Assembly (NCBI GenBank): GCA_965228485.1
Contig: OZ245819.1
Location: 90,001 to 122,000, forward strand
Source: Candidatus Saccharimonadota bacterium
GTDB taxonomy: Bacteria > Patescibacteriota > Gracilibacteria > UBA4473
Direction of reading: 5' to 3'
Length of the DNA stretch: 32,000 bases
The notes under the pieces were generated by a model. That model saw only the letters and a program-made list of their open reading frames with translations, was not told the DNA's origin and ran no database searches. This document shows, piece after piece, positions 7,796-17,670 of the stretch. How positions within the stretch are numbered: the stretch's first letter is position 1; every line of letters begins with the position of its first letter. Both the position numbers and the translations under genes were made by a program.

Positions 7796-10572
7796 TCGCT
7801 CTGTAATTGTAAAAGTGCACGAGCTCCATAATTCCCTTTCAGGATAGCCTGAGAGGGATTTATATTATTATAGGCACTTAGTGGTACTTGGCTCATGTCG
7901 ATTCCAAGTGCTTCTTGGATTTTCGCAATAGTATTTTGATATCGAGCAAATCTTAATGGATAGCCTTCAGCACTTGTTCTTGAAAGTAAAGAGTTTGCGG
8001 AATTTTCCGTGATTATGCGTAAAACGTATGATAGATCTTGTGATGTTATCCCTGCTGATTTTATTTTTTGTATAGCGGGCTTGTTGGAATTCCAGTTTTC
8101 TTTTATGAACATTACAACACCTCTTACTGTGTCATAAAACAATTCATTATCTAGATTTCTAGATTCGTATGATATGTCTCCAGGCATTGAAGGTTTCCAC
8201 TCAACCTGAAAACCTCCAACGAATTTTTCGGTATCTAGTGATGAATCTTTGTCTGATCCATCAGAAGAAAGAAGTCCAATTTCCTGAGCTACAAGGATCC
8301 AGCGGTTATAGTCTTCAATTGTTCGAGCTACCGTTGGATTTGGGTTGTACATGTTGGCCAGAATTCTTGCTTGGTGAATAATAGAGTTGGACCAGGTTGT
8401 GCCCGTTAGTTCTGCGATTGACTGGGCTTGGGATAAGTTGCTTCTATTTAGTGTTTGTGCGGCGATAAGACTTGCTTCTGGACAATTAATTAGAAAACTT
8501 TCGATCATTTCTTCAATTTTTCGTCGATCGTCTTTGTTGTCTACGGCGGTTTTTATGGTTTTAATGGTGTCTTTATGTTTTTTATAGAGTTTAGGGTGCT
8601 CAATAAAATTTCGATAAAATCTATTAAATTTTATTCGAACAAGACTTTCTTGTGTTTGCATTTCTCCTACGGATTCTTCATCCGTGAAATCAAAAAAATG
8701 ATCACCAGGTAATAGGTTGTCAAAAATTCGAGATCTGGCATTTCGGTTTAGTGGATCTGGCCATTGTTCGTTACCAGCTTCATTTTGCCAAATAGCAATT
8801 AAGGTTATTTGATCTCGTGGTTCAGGTGCAACTCTTCTTAAAAAATCATAATTAAATGGGAAGCCTTCTGGTATCTGGATTCCACTTTCTTGGAAAATTT
8901 TTTCATTTTCTTTTTGGTGCTCAGAAAAGGCTTTAATTGCTTTTTCTTTAATACTATCAGCAATAGTTTTTTCTAAGAAAAAAACATTATTGATAGTAAT
9001 TGATTGACCTAAATTTATGCCGCTTTCTAAAAGAGCGCTCACGTAAGAGTTAGGGTCACTTTTTTTTATGTCTTGAGTGAGGGTCTGAAAAATTTCTGGT
9101 GAACTTTGAAAAAAGTATCGAAGTTCTGCTGGTGAAGCATTTAGACTTGGTCCAAGTAGTCTGCCTATAAAATCCTGAAGTTTTTCAGGTGGCTGAGTTT
9201 CAACAATTTGTTTTTCTCCTGCAAAATTGGTTTTTAAAATATCGTAATATTTGTCTATGGCTTCACGATTTTTAAAGATTGGAATTTTTTGTCCGGTACG
9301 TAGATTTTGTGGATTAGTGTTAAAGAGCCAGTAGTATATTTGTTGTAGTTTAAAGTAGTTTTCACTAAAGGCCGGAACATCACCATTAAGGTGTTTGGTT
9401 ATTATTTCCGAGAAACTTTCTCCATTTTTATATTCATGATAGTCAATATTTTCGTTTTGTAGCCCAGTTATTTCTGGGTGATTAAAATAATCACTATATG
9501 GTGGATTGAGTCTGGCGGCACTGACAGCCGTGAATAAAGGCTTTTCTTGATATTTGGTGAGCAAAGTTAGGGTAAGGCTTTTTTTGCGGAGTTCTGGGCC
9601 AAATGATTCTTCTAGGAATGTGTCATGAATTATGATGTTATTTCCAGCGGGGGTATTTAATACTTCTGACAAAGAATTTGTATTTCCAGAGTCATTAAAT
9701 TCAACCATAACTTTTGCTATGAGTGGATTTTGCCAGTCTATACTATCTCCAGATCGAAGGTAAAATTTTTCTAGTGTTTGTTTTACTGTTCCATGGCCTG
9801 GGTAGAGCCGGCTTTCATTTGGAAGAGATATTACTGAATGTGAATTAGGATCGATGTCACTATTTCTTCGTCCTGCTTGGATTATATCTGATGAATATGA
9901 AGTTCGAGCATAGTGAAGTCCTAAAGCTTTAGGCGTATCATCGAGTTTGATTCTTTCAATATATGTTTTTAGATGTTGTTGGTAGCCTGGAGAGTTGAAA
10001 TCAGGTGCTGTAATATTATTTCCACGGATTTGTAGGAACTTTTCTCCATTACTAATTTCTTCTGCAAGATTATTTTTTGTGAGATAGGGGATTAGAGTCC
10101 AAGCATCCTGGCTGAGAACGCCTTCATCTCCAGTAATATAATAGAGGTGGTATCCTGTGAATTTAGCACAAAAATCCCTTATGTCGCTTCGGGTTTCTTT
10201 TTGTGATTGAATGACTTGTCGGACTCTAGCACTTCTAAGTTGAGGAAATGCTACTAAGTGAGGGAAAGGTATTTCGGTCATTGGAAGAGATCGAGTTTTT
10301 TCCTCCTCTGGGAATGGGCAACTTGTATCAAACTTATTTTTAACACTTAGTTCTATCCCTTCGTTATACACTAAGAATTGCCCTGATTTTATATCAAAGA
10401 AATTTCCATTTTCGGTTTTTAATTGTAGTTGTGATATTTCTCTCCAGATTTGCTCGTTAGTTTTGTTCTCAAAAAGTTCATGATCGAGCTCTCTCAAAGC
10501 ATCATAAATACTGTTGTGCTGATCCGATATTTCAACGGCTTTTGTAGCCCCGCATTCATGAATTTCACCCAT
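7792..10572 (-). CDS. Large hypothetical protein (926 aa), no recognisable domain
   Basis: The ORF is long and uninterrupted, with ordinary amino-acid composition. I saw no signal peptide, TM helix, P-loop or metal-binding motif. It is last in a same-strand string after nth and the PH-like membrane protein. Confidence 0.75.
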   Translation of the reverse strand: MGEIHECGATKAVEISDQHNSIYDALRELDHELFENKTNEQIWREISQLQLKTENGNFFDIKSGQFLVYNEGIELSVKNKFDTSCPFPEEEKTRSLPMTEIPFPHLVAFPQLRSARVRQVIQSQKETRSDIRDFCAKFTGYHLYYITGDEGVLSQDAWTLIPYLTKNNLAEEISNGEKFLQIRGNNITAPDFNSPGYQQHLKTYIERIKLDDTPKALGLHYARTSYSSDIIQAGRRNSDIDPNSHSVISLPNESRLYPGHGTVKQTLEKFYLRSGDSIDWQNPLIAKVMVEFNDSGNTNSLSEVLNTPAGNNIIIHDTFLEESFGPELRKKSLTLTLLTKYQEKPLFTAVSAARLNPPYSDYFNHPEITGLQNENIDYHEYKNGESFSEIITKHLNGDVPAFSENYFKLQQIYYWLFNTNPQNLRTGQKIPIFKNREAIDKYYDILKTNFAGEKQIVETQPPEKLQDFIGRLLGPSLNASPAELRYFFQSSPEIFQTLTQDIKKSDPNSYVSALLESGINLGQSITINNVFFLEKTIADSIKEKAIKAFSEHQKENEKIFQESGIQIPEGFPFNYDFLRRVAPEPRDQITLIAIWQNEAGNEQWPDPLNRNARSRIFDNLLPGDHFFDFTDEESVGEMQTQESLVRIKFNRFYRNFIEHPKLYKKHKDTIKTIKTAVDNKDDRRKIEEMIESFLINCPEASLIAAQTLNRSNLSQAQSIAELTGTTWSNSIIHQARILANMYNPNPTVARTIEDYNRWILVAQEIGLLSSDGSDKDSSLDTEKFVGGFQVEWKPSMPGDISYESRNLDNELFYDTVRGVVMFIKENWNSNKPAIQKIKSAGITSQDLSYVLRIITENSANSLLSRTSAEGYPLRFARYQNTIAKIQEALGIDMSQVPLSAYNNINPSQAILKGNYGARALLQLQSD

Positions 10573-10603
10573 CGGGTGATTATACCATTTTTTAGATCAA
10601 AAG

Positions 10604-11101
10604 TCACGAGGTTTTATAAAGGGGAAAACGAGTTTTTCCTTCTTTCTTTCGTCGTTGCATTTTTAGGATGAAACCAGCGACATCATCGGCTTTTTTAAGA
10701 GGCATGAATTCCAATTTTGTACCTGCAATTATTTCTAGTTTGTTACCGAACCAAGAATTAGTTTGTTGAACATTTACTTCTTTGATTTCTTCGAGGTTAA
10801 TCCAAACAGAAGCTTCATCTGAATGTTTCATAACTCTATAGTTACTGATAATTAATGCTTTTAAAGATCGTTGTTTTATACTCCAGACAATTAGTCGGAT
10901 GAATAGTCCTGCTTGTATAAAAATAACGATGCTTATCCCCAGTAGAGTCTGATTATGAAAGAGAAGGCTTATTCCAAAGCAGATGAGGATAAAGATAAAT
11001 ACGGCAAACCAAATTTTTAAAGCGGTTCCTATATGAAAAAACATTGGAGCGTGTAGCTCTGCTAAAATTTTTTCATCAGGCATAAGTTTTACTGATTTCA
11101 T
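10604..11101 (-). CDS. Membrane protein with bacterial PH-like (bPH/YdbT-like) C-terminal domain
   Basis: Two hydrophobic helices are followed by a beta-rich segment (YRVMKHSDEASVWINLEEIKEVNVQQTNSWFGNKLEIIAGTKLEF), an arrangement typical of bPH_2-type proteins. Its ATGA start/stop overlaps nth. Confidence 0.5.
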   Translation of the reverse strand: MKSVKLMPDEKILAELHAPMFFHIGTALKIWFAVFIFILICFGISLLFHNQTLLGISIVIFIQAGLFIRLIVWSIKQRSLKALIISNYRVMKHSDEASVWINLEEIKEVNVQQTNSWFGNKLEIIAGTKLEFMPLKKADDVAGFILKMQRRKKEGKTRFPLYKTS

Positions 11102-11748
11102 TCTGGAGTATTAAGTTTTGGGCAGATGTCTTTTAAAAAACATTCTTCGCATTTAGGTTTTCGAGAGATGCAAAAGTCTCGTCCAAACTGTACAAGCCTG
11201 TGTGACATAGCCCCCCATTGTTTTTGTTCAATTTTTTTCATGAGATCTTTTTCGATTTTTTCGGGTGTTTTGGCTTTTGTGAGTCCTGTTCGTTGGCTAA
11301 TTCTGCCTACATGAGTATCAACGACAAATCCTTCGTTTTTTTCAAAAATATTCCAGAGAATTACATTGGCTGTTTTTCTACCAACCCCTGCAAGATTCAC
11401 TAGATCGGCCATATTGTCTGGAACTTTGCCGTCATGAAGGGTCAGAATTTGTTCGGCACATTTTTTAAGATTTTTTGTTTTTGATTTATAAAGTCCGATA
11501 GTTTTAACCTCTTGTTCTATAAGCTCTAAAGGCTTAGCTACGAAACTTTCTAAATCTGGAAAGTTTTTGAAAAGCCCCGGAGTGGCTTTGTTTACCCCCA
11601 CATCAGTCGCTCGCGCTGATAAAATTACGGCAAAAAGCAGAGTCCATGGACGTTCTTTGTCCCAGTGCAGGTGGCAGATTTCGTCACTATAATGTTCAGT
11701 GACTCGTTGGGTAAAATGATGTGGATCAATGTTTTTTTTTCGTGCCAT
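11098..11748 (-). CDS. nth: Endonuclease III (DNA-(apurinic or apyrimidinic site) lyase)
   Basis: The HhH-GPD element LVNLAGVGRKTANVIL and the C-terminal 4Fe-4S Cys cluster CISRKPKCEECFLKDIC are present. Confidence 0.93.
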   Translation of the reverse strand: MARKKNIDPHHFTQRVTEHYSDEICHLHWDKERPWTLLFAVILSARATDVGVNKATPGLFKNFPDLESFVAKPLELIEQEVKTIGLYKSKTKNLKKCAEQILTLHDGKVPDNMADLVNLAGVGRKTANVILWNIFEKNEGFVVDTHVGRISQRTGLTKAKTPEKIEKDLMKKIEQKQWGAMSHRLVQFGRDFCISRKPKCEECFLKDICPKLNTPE

Positions 11749-11785
11749 GTTGTGAAAATTCTAGATTTTAAATTTCAAATTTCAA

Positions 11786-13168
11786 ATGGTGATTTATCAT
11801 AAGGGCATGAAGCGTTGGGCTTTGATCTTGTTTTTTTTACCTGTTACCGCTTTTGCGAATGTAGGAGATGACCTGAATGATTTGATTCAGCGCTTCTTTG
11901 GAAGTGGCCAAGATCCAGTGGAAATGCCTATTGAAGAGCCGATTTCAGATATTGAACTTCCAGATTTTGCTACCGATGAAAACCTAGACCTTCGAGCCTT
12001 GAGAGAGTCAATCATGTTAGAAGAGGAGAGTTTAGCTAATTTTGAGGCTGATATTTATGATAAAGAAGCGGCACTTTCTCGTCTCAATACCGAAAATAAT
12101 TCCGCTCAGAATCAATTATTTCTGTTAGATGAACAGATTGGATTTAATACTCAAAAATATGAGCAATATCTTGAATTAGAAGCAAAATGGAAAACTGAAC
12201 TTGAAGGTTTAACTCGAGAAAAATCAGAAATAAAAGCTCTTCTTCGCCAATCAGAGAGAGAGTATAAAAAATTTATGAGTAAAAATTTTATTCAAAAAGA
12301 AAATCTGGAATCTGATCCTGAAATTTCAGTGCTGCAATGGTTATTTTCTTCTCGCTCGGTTTCAGAGATTCTTGAAGATCGTCGTAACCAAGCCATCCTA
12401 GCGAATCAAAAATCAGAATCATTAGCTCAATTAAATGCGGTTAAAAGAGCTCTGGATGCCCAAGAAAAGAAGACGGTTTTGTTGTATGATCGGATGAATT
12501 ATTTAGCTCGCCAAGTGTCTCGAGAAAAGTTAGTTTTATCAAATATGGCCGAACTTAAGGCGAAGCTTTTGGCAAAGAATGAAGCGAATAAAGATGAGTT
12601 AGAAGCGGCTTTAGCTTTTGCTCGTGAGAAGCAAGTAGATTCTACTATTTATTTACAAGAATTACGGCAGAGGTTAGACGAGGTTTTTGTGGAAGAAGAT
12701 GTTGTTGACGAAGTTGTGTTGGAAACATCTTCTGATCCAGGAGAAGAAGATTTATCTATTTTTGATTGGCCTCTAGCTATACCTATTCAGATTGAAGCGG
12801 TTTTCAAAGATCCCGAATATGAGGCGGAATTTTCTCGAGAGCACGAGGGAATAGATATTTTCGCTGAACAGGGGACTTCGGTTCTGGCTCCAGCTGATGG
12901 GATTGTAGAAAAAGTTGTTTCTAATGGTTATGGATATTCTTACTTAATACTCAAACATGAAGAGGACCTATTCACCGTTTATGGGCATCTCTCAAAAATG
13001 TTGGTATCCAAAGGAGATGTGATTAGCTATGGACAGGAAATTGCTTTAACAGGAGGGACGCCAGGTACTCCAGGAGCAGGATTTTTTACTTCTGGTCCAC
13101 ATTTGCATTTTGAAGTATTTCATGATGGTGCTCACCGTAACCCCTTGAATTATTTACCAGGACTTTAA
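11786..13168 (+). CDS. Secreted M23 (LytM-type) peptidoglycan metalloendopeptidase with long N-terminal coiled coil (EnvC-like architecture)
   Basis: It has a signal peptide MKRWALILFFLPVTAFA and about 250 aa of heptad-like charged sequence. The catalytic motifs HEGIDI (HxxxD) and GPHLHFEV (HxH) are intact. The true start may be Met8 (11807), which is preceded by AAGGG. Confidence 0.88.
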   Translation: MVIYHKGMKRWALILFFLPVTAFANVGDDLNDLIQRFFGSGQDPVEMPIEEPISDIELPDFATDENLDLRALRESIMLEEESLANFEADIYDKEAALSRLNTENNSAQNQLFLLDEQIGFNTQKYEQYLELEAKWKTELEGLTREKSEIKALLRQSEREYKKFMSKNFIQKENLESDPEISVLQWLFSSRSVSEILEDRRNQAILANQKSESLAQLNAVKRALDAQEKKTVLLYDRMNYLARQVSREKLVLSNMAELKAKLLAKNEANKDELEAALAFAREKQVDSTIYLQELRQRLDEVFVEEDVVDEVVLETSSDPGEEDLSIFDWPLAIPIQIEAVFKDPEYEAEFSREHEGIDIFAEQGTSVLAPADGIVEKVVSNGYGYSYLILKHEEDLFTVYGHLSKMLVSKGDVISYGQEIALTGGTPGTPGAGFFTSGPHLHFEVFHDGAHRNPLNYLPGL

Positions 13169-13172
13169 TTAT

Positions 13173-13649
13173 TTAATGAACGGTAGGCCTCTCTTTTAAT
13201 GCTTGTTCAATTTCGTAAATGATCAAGTTTACAAGGCCTTGAGTGGTAAGATGACTTTCTGTTATATCTTCGTGAAAATCTTTCTGTGGTGTATGTAGAG
13301 CGTAAATCTGATCACAGTTTTGATATCTTCTGTGTATGGCTTTGATTCTTGTGGCAACATGAAAAACTCCATTTTCTACTACATTTCTTCTGGCTTTTAA
13401 TTGTTGATGATTTGGTGTCCCAAAGACGACTCTTAATCCAAAGTCTAGGCAGTCTCCTTCTGGGGAGCGACAGAGGCTTAATTGTGATATTGCTGAAAAA
13501 TTACCGAGTCGTTTTTCTGTCGCTGTTTTTTCCAGAAGTGCATAGACTCTTGGTAAGATTTTTGCGGTGATATCTTCAGCTTGAGTATACCCTAATAGCG
13601 GAACACCTAGTGTTTCTATCTGTTCCTCTGTAACATCTATTTGCGCCAT
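13173..13649 (-). CDS. Hypothetical protein; weak QueF/T-fold-like motif resemblance
   Basis: The 158-aa ORF lies downstream of the DHOD-like gene on the same strand. GVPLLG, SLCRSPEGDCLDF and DFHED occur in the same order as GVTLLG, SLCPKTGQPDF and DFHED in my recollection of type-I QueF. I do not see the QueF E-S-K-S-L-K motif. Confidence 0.55.
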   Translation of the reverse strand: MAQIDVTEEQIETLGVPLLGYTQAEDITAKILPRVYALLEKTATEKRLGNFSAISQLSLCRSPEGDCLDFGLRVVFGTPNHQQLKARRNVVENGVFHVATRIKAIHRRYQNCDQIYALHTPQKDFHEDITESHLTTQGLVNLIIYEIEQALKERPTVH

Positions 13650-13694
13650 AATTTAACATTATTCGCGTTTTTAGAAGCCGGTCAATTTTTGTTC

Positions 13695-14795
13695 TTACCT
13701 TTCTAGATTGTGATATCGTTCTGCAAGAAATGGGTCCCACATAATAGCGGTAGCACTCATGGCAATATCGGCTCCGGAATTGAGTCTTTCTTGGAAGTCT
13801 TCGGCACTCATGATGCCTCCAACTCCACAGATAGCAAAATCCCCGTTTAGTTCGGTTTTTATCTTCGCCATATTTTCAACGAAATTTTGAGAAACTTCCT
13901 TAATTTTGGCTCCACAGATTCCAGAGCTAAGACGTCCTTTTCCAGGAAGTGCTTGCTCTCCATCTGGTTTTCTAACATTTCCTGGCATGGTGTTTATTCC
14001 GGCAATTCCATCTACATAAGGAAGATTGGCTTCGACAACAGCTTTGAGTTGTGGGTAGGGGAGGTTTCCAATTTTTATCATGAATGGAACATTTGGCCCA
14101 ATGGCTTCTCGAATAGCCTTTGATATCGCACTCGAAGTTTCTGGGTCCTGATAAATCGCTCCTTCTCGTCCGCCACAGAGATTTGGGCAAGAGTAGTTTG
14201 TTTCTAAAATTTTTCCTCCAGCTTCTTTTGCCATGCTGGCGGTATAAGCATAGTCTTCTATGAGTTCTCGTCCTTCAGCTCCATTAGTCCCCATGAAAGA
14301 GAGAATCATTACTTGTCCATCCTTGAGACTCTTATTCGCAATTTCTACATCCTCCATCCATTCTTTAGGTTCTTTTGACGGAACCCCCAAAGAATTTGTG
14401 ATGGTTAGATTTTCTAGATTTTTAGGTTGTGAAGTCGTTATTAAGTCAGGTTTTGTTCCGAGGGCAATTTGATTTTCTGGATCAACATATACACAGTTCG
14501 GTGCTGGATGGCAGGGCTGATTTGTACTTCGAACGGTTTTGTAAACGGGGATATCAAACCCCATATCAGCGTAGAATTTTATCCAGTTGCTATTGAGGAG
14601 TGGACCAGCAGGAATTCCAATGGGAGAATTAAGCTCAAAGTCCCAGAGTTTTATTTTTTGTTTCTCGTTTAGGGTTCTTTCTGGAACATTCCCTTCAAAA
14701 AAAGGACCGTGAGCATAGTTTTCTTCGTAACTTTTGTTCACGTCGTAGACGTTGTATTTAATTGGGTGCATTTTCGTCCAGGAGTTTAAAATCAA
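13695..14795 (-). CDS. Class-1 dihydroorotate dehydrogenase-like FMN oxidoreductase (DHOD/DHPD family)
   Basis: The TIM-barrel flavoenzyme blocks NSPIGIPAGP, the NYSCPN catalytic-Cys loop, IKIGN, GINT, CGVGGI and GADIAMSATA are present. An alternative start is Met9 (14771). Confidence 0.8.
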   Translation of the reverse strand: MILNSWTKMHPIKYNVYDVNKSYEENYAHGPFFEGNVPERTLNEKQKIKLWDFELNSPIGIPAGPLLNSNWIKFYADMGFDIPVYKTVRSTNQPCHPAPNCVYVDPENQIALGTKPDLITTSQPKNLENLTITNSLGVPSKEPKEWMEDVEIANKSLKDGQVMILSFMGTNGAEGRELIEDYAYTASMAKEAGGKILETNYSCPNLCGGREGAIYQDPETSSAISKAIREAIGPNVPFMIKIGNLPYPQLKAVVEANLPYVDGIAGINTMPGNVRKPDGEQALPGKGRLSSGICGAKIKEVSQNFVENMAKIKTELNGDFAICGVGGIMSAEDFQERLNSGADIAMSATAIMWDPFLAERYHNLER

Positions 14796-14938
14796 ATACC
14801 AAAAAATACAATCAAAATTTGACTATTTGTTTTGTCTCAGTAGATTTTCTCAGTCTTTTGATAAAAAATTAGCTTTGACGTGTACTAGTTTTGCATCTGG
14901 GACTGTAAAAATACTTTAATTTCACGTCGTAAAATACC

Positions 14939-16009
14939 ATGGCAACAAAAGATGCAATGCAAAATTTACTAAAGGACGACAGCGCTTTGGTCGTTTTTAA
15001 GGCTGGACAATCTATTAAAGGAACGGTTATTGATGTAACGAGTTCCCGAATTTTGATGGAACTTCCAGGAGGAACTACAGGGCTTATCACCAAAAGAGAA
15101 GCGGCTGGTTTCGGAACAGAAGATGACGCTCTAGATCTTGGAGCGCAAATTGAAGCAACGGTTATTGATCCAGAGAATGATCAAGGACTCGTGCTACTTT
15201 CTCTTCGACGAGCTTCACAAGACACTGCTTGGGCAGAACTTGGAACAATTCAAGAAGAAGAACGAATTATCAAAGTTAAAATTGATGAAGCTAATAAAGG
15301 AGGGCTTATGGCTAAATACAAAGGTCTACGAGCTTTCTTGCCGGTTTCACAGCTTATGCCAATGAATTACCCACGGGTTGAAGGAGCTGATGCTGGAGAA
15401 ATCTTGAAAAAACTACAGAGTCATATGGGTAAAGAATTTGCCGTTCGTGTGATGAATGTAGATCGAGAACAAGGGAAAATTATTATTTCAGAAAAACTAG
15501 CTCACGAAACACAAATGGTGGAAACACTTAAAAATATCCAAGTTGGTGATGTGGTTGAAGGAGTGGTTTCTGGAGTGGTTAAATTTGGAATTTTTGTTAC
15601 TTTCGGTGGAGTTGAAGGGTTGGTTCACGTTTCTGAACTTGAATGGGGACACGTTTCTGATCCAGGACGAAACTACTCAATTGGAGATAAAATTGAGGTT
15701 CTTATCATCGGAAAAGAAAATGACAAACTATCATTCTCTGTAAAACAATTAAGCGAGGATCCTTGGTTAAAATTTGCTGAGAAGTACTCAGATGGACAAG
15801 AAGTTACTGGGAAAGTTACTCGATGGAACGACAATGGAGTATTCATTGAAGTTGAATCAGAAGTTCAAGGTCTTTTCAGTATCGATCAATTCGGTGTAGA
15901 AAAAGGTGCAGACTTAACTGGAACGGTAAGTGAAGGGCAAGATATGACGGGAGCGGTTATCAGTGTTAATACTGATTCTCATCGTCTAGAACTTAAGAAA
16001 GTTGATTAA
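14939..16009 (+). CDS. rpsA: 30S ribosomal protein S1 (four S1 domains)
   Basis: S1/OB motifs repeat, for example GQSIKGTVIDV, GDVVEGVVSGVVKFGIFVTFGGVEGLVHVSEL and GQEVTGKVTRWNDNGVFIEV. Confidence 0.85.
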   Translation: MATKDAMQNLLKDDSALVVFKAGQSIKGTVIDVTSSRILMELPGGTTGLITKREAAGFGTEDDALDLGAQIEATVIDPENDQGLVLLSLRRASQDTAWAELGTIQEEERIIKVKIDEANKGGLMAKYKGLRAFLPVSQLMPMNYPRVEGADAGEILKKLQSHMGKEFAVRVMNVDREQGKIIISEKLAHETQMVETLKNIQVGDVVEGVVSGVVKFGIFVTFGGVEGLVHVSELEWGHVSDPGRNYSIGDKIEVLIIGKENDKLSFSVKQLSEDPWLKFAEKYSDGQEVTGKVTRWNDNGVFIEVESEVQGLFSIDQFGVEKGADLTGTVSEGQDMTGAVISVNTDSHRLELKKVD

Positions 16010-16018
16010 AAATAATTT

Positions 16019-16053
16019 ACTCCGAGAGCGTGAACTGTTCTCGGAGTTTTTTT
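16019..16053 (+). terminator. Rho-independent terminator after rpsA
   Basis: A perfect 9-bp stem pairs ACTCCGAGA (16019-16027) with TCTCGGAGT (16039-16047), followed by a T7 run. Confidence 0.8.
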
Positions 16054-16066
16054 CTAATGTAACACT

Positions 16067-16186
16067 ATGAGTGGATTGGTAATTATTGGACTTGTGGTAC
16101 TATTGCTTGGTTTTGTGGCGGTTTTTGGATCAGGATCAAAGTCAGGAGGTACAAGTGGCAATCTCAGTGATTCTTCTGAAGAATAA
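16067..16186 (+). CDS. Micro-ORF (39 aa), single TM helix; not in supplied ORF track
   Basis: The product reads MSGLVIIGLVVLLLGFVAVFGSGSKSGGTSGNLSDSSEE. Its TAA overlaps the ylxR ATG as TAATG (16184-16188), which suggests translational coupling. Confidence 0.4.
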   Translation: MSGLVIIGLVVLLLGFVAVFGSGSKSGGTSGNLSDSSEE

Positions 16187-16437
16187 TGGAGAGAACTTGT
16201 TTGGTGACTAAACAAAAGCTTCCTGTGTCGGAACTTTTGCGTTTTACTGTGCAGGAAAAGGTTTTGGTTTTTGACCAGGAGACAAAACGACCTGGTAGAG
16301 GAGGATATGTTGTAAAAGATTCTTTAGCGGTAATAAAACTTCCTTTGTTAAAGAAGAAAATAAAATATTTTTTAAAAACTTCTGAGGATTTTGAAATTTC
16401 TGAAGATGAGATAAAAAAAGCTTTAACTCTTTTTTGA
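16186..16437 (+). CDS. ylxR: YlxR/DUF448-family RNA-binding protein
   Basis: The N-terminal RTCLVTKQKLPVSELLRF and GRGGYV match the R-x-C...L-R-(F/V)...GRG-x-Y pattern of YlxR. The longer antisense ORF 16164..16451 is low-complexity. Confidence 0.75.
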   Translation: MERTCLVTKQKLPVSELLRFTVQEKVLVFDQETKRPGRGGYVVKDSLAVIKLPLLKKKIKYFLKTSEDFEISEDEIKKALTLF

Positions 16438-16494
16438 TCGCTAAATTTCAAATACTCGTGACAGAAGAAAAATAGCTTCTATAATAGTTTTACT

Positions 16495-17526
16495 ATGGCC
16501 ATAGAAGAAGAAAATACTATTGAGAGTCCAGAAGAAGGCGTGGCTTCAGGGAATGTTATTACTGGAGAAACTGAGGCGTTTGAAAATCAATTAAGGCCGA
16601 AAGATTTTTCACATTATATAGGACAGAGTGAGGTAAAAAATAATCTTACGGTCTTCGTGAAAGCGGCTAAAAATAGGGGAGAAACTTTGGACCATACTAT
16701 TTTTTATGGGCCACCAGGACTTGGGAAGACAACTTTGGCTATGATTTTAGCCACGGAAATGGGAGTTCAGTTGAGAGTCACCTCTGGCCCAGCTTTGGAA
16801 AAACCAGGAGATTTAGCTTCGATTCTTTCAAATTTACAAGAAGGAGATTTTCTGTTTATTGATGAAATCCATCGTCTTCGAATGCCAGTAGAAGAGATTC
16901 TTTATACGGCCATGGAAGATTTCGCGATAGACATCGTGATTGGAAAAGGTCCGAGTGCTCGAACGATGAGAATTAATGTGCCTCGTTTTACGCTTATTGG
17001 AGCAACGACACAAATTTCGCGGTTATCAAATCCTTTAAGAGATCGTTTTGGTCATGTGGAAAAACTTCGTTATTACGAGAATGAAGAAATTCAAAGTATT
17101 ATAGAACAATCGGCTGATATCTTAGAGGTTGATATCGAAAAAAAGGCTTCAGAAAGACTCTCAAAATCTGCACGACGAACCCCTCGGATTGCGAATAGAC
17201 TACTTAGAAGAATGAGAGATTTTGCAGAAATCCTGCATGAAGGAAAGATTACTGAGAAAGTAGTAGAAGAGGGGTTAAAGAGCCTTTCTATTGATGAGTA
17301 TGGGTTAGACTATGCGGATCAGGAATATCTCAAAGTATTATGTGAGAAATTTAAAGGTGGTCCTACGGGTCTTTCTACTTTGGCGGCAGCCATTGGAGAA
17401 GATGAAGCAACGGTTGAAGAAGTAATTGAGCCCTTTCTGATTCGAGAGGGATTTATTCAGAAGACCCCAAGGGGTAGGCAGGCGACGGATCTGGCTTTTC
17501 AGCATTTGAAGCTTGGGATGCTGTAG
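16495..17526 (+). CDS. ruvB: Holliday junction branch-migration helicase RuvB
   Basis: LRPKDFSHYIGQ, Walker A GPPGLGKTT, Walker B FIDEIHRL, the sensor GATT, and the RTPRIANRLLRR arginine finger/winged-helix region are all present. Confidence 0.96.
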   Translation: MAIEEENTIESPEEGVASGNVITGETEAFENQLRPKDFSHYIGQSEVKNNLTVFVKAAKNRGETLDHTIFYGPPGLGKTTLAMILATEMGVQLRVTSGPALEKPGDLASILSNLQEGDFLFIDEIHRLRMPVEEILYTAMEDFAIDIVIGKGPSARTMRINVPRFTLIGATTQISRLSNPLRDRFGHVEKLRYYENEEIQSIIEQSADILEVDIEKKASERLSKSARRTPRIANRLLRRMRDFAEILHEGKITEKVVEEGLKSLSIDEYGLDYADQEYLKVLCEKFKGGPTGLSTLAAAIGEDEATVEEVIEPFLIREGFIQKTPRGRQATDLAFQHLKLGML

Positions 17527-17656
17527 GTTGACTTTTTGTGTTAAATGTTTAAAAAAGGAATATCCACTAGAGTAGGATTTTTCTTTCATCGCGAAACGAA
17601 CATTCTCCAGTGGAGGAATTTGTTCTTTTCGTAACTATCAAACGGCTGAAACTTAC

Positions 17657-17662
17657 AGGAGG
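17657..17662 (+). promoter_or_regulatory. Canonical Shine-Dalgarno (AGGAGG) for the KAS gene
   Basis: AGGAGG lies 8 nt upstream of the ATG at 17671. Native genes in the window (rpsB, tsf, pyrG, glnA, ruvB, secD, ligA) have A-rich leaders without such a site. Confidence 0.7.
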
Positions 17663-17670
17663 AAGCCATC

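Noticed and set aside
11769-16453. 12-mer TAAATTTCAAAT occurring upstream of both the M23 peptidase gene (11769-11780, with a 7-nt tandem AATTTCA duplication) and ruvB (16442-16453), considered as a candidate shared regulatory motif.
   Set aside because: In 32 kb, tens of repeated 12-mers are expected by chance (about N^2/2 x 4^-12, roughly 30, and more with AT bias). Two copies are not evidence of a motif.
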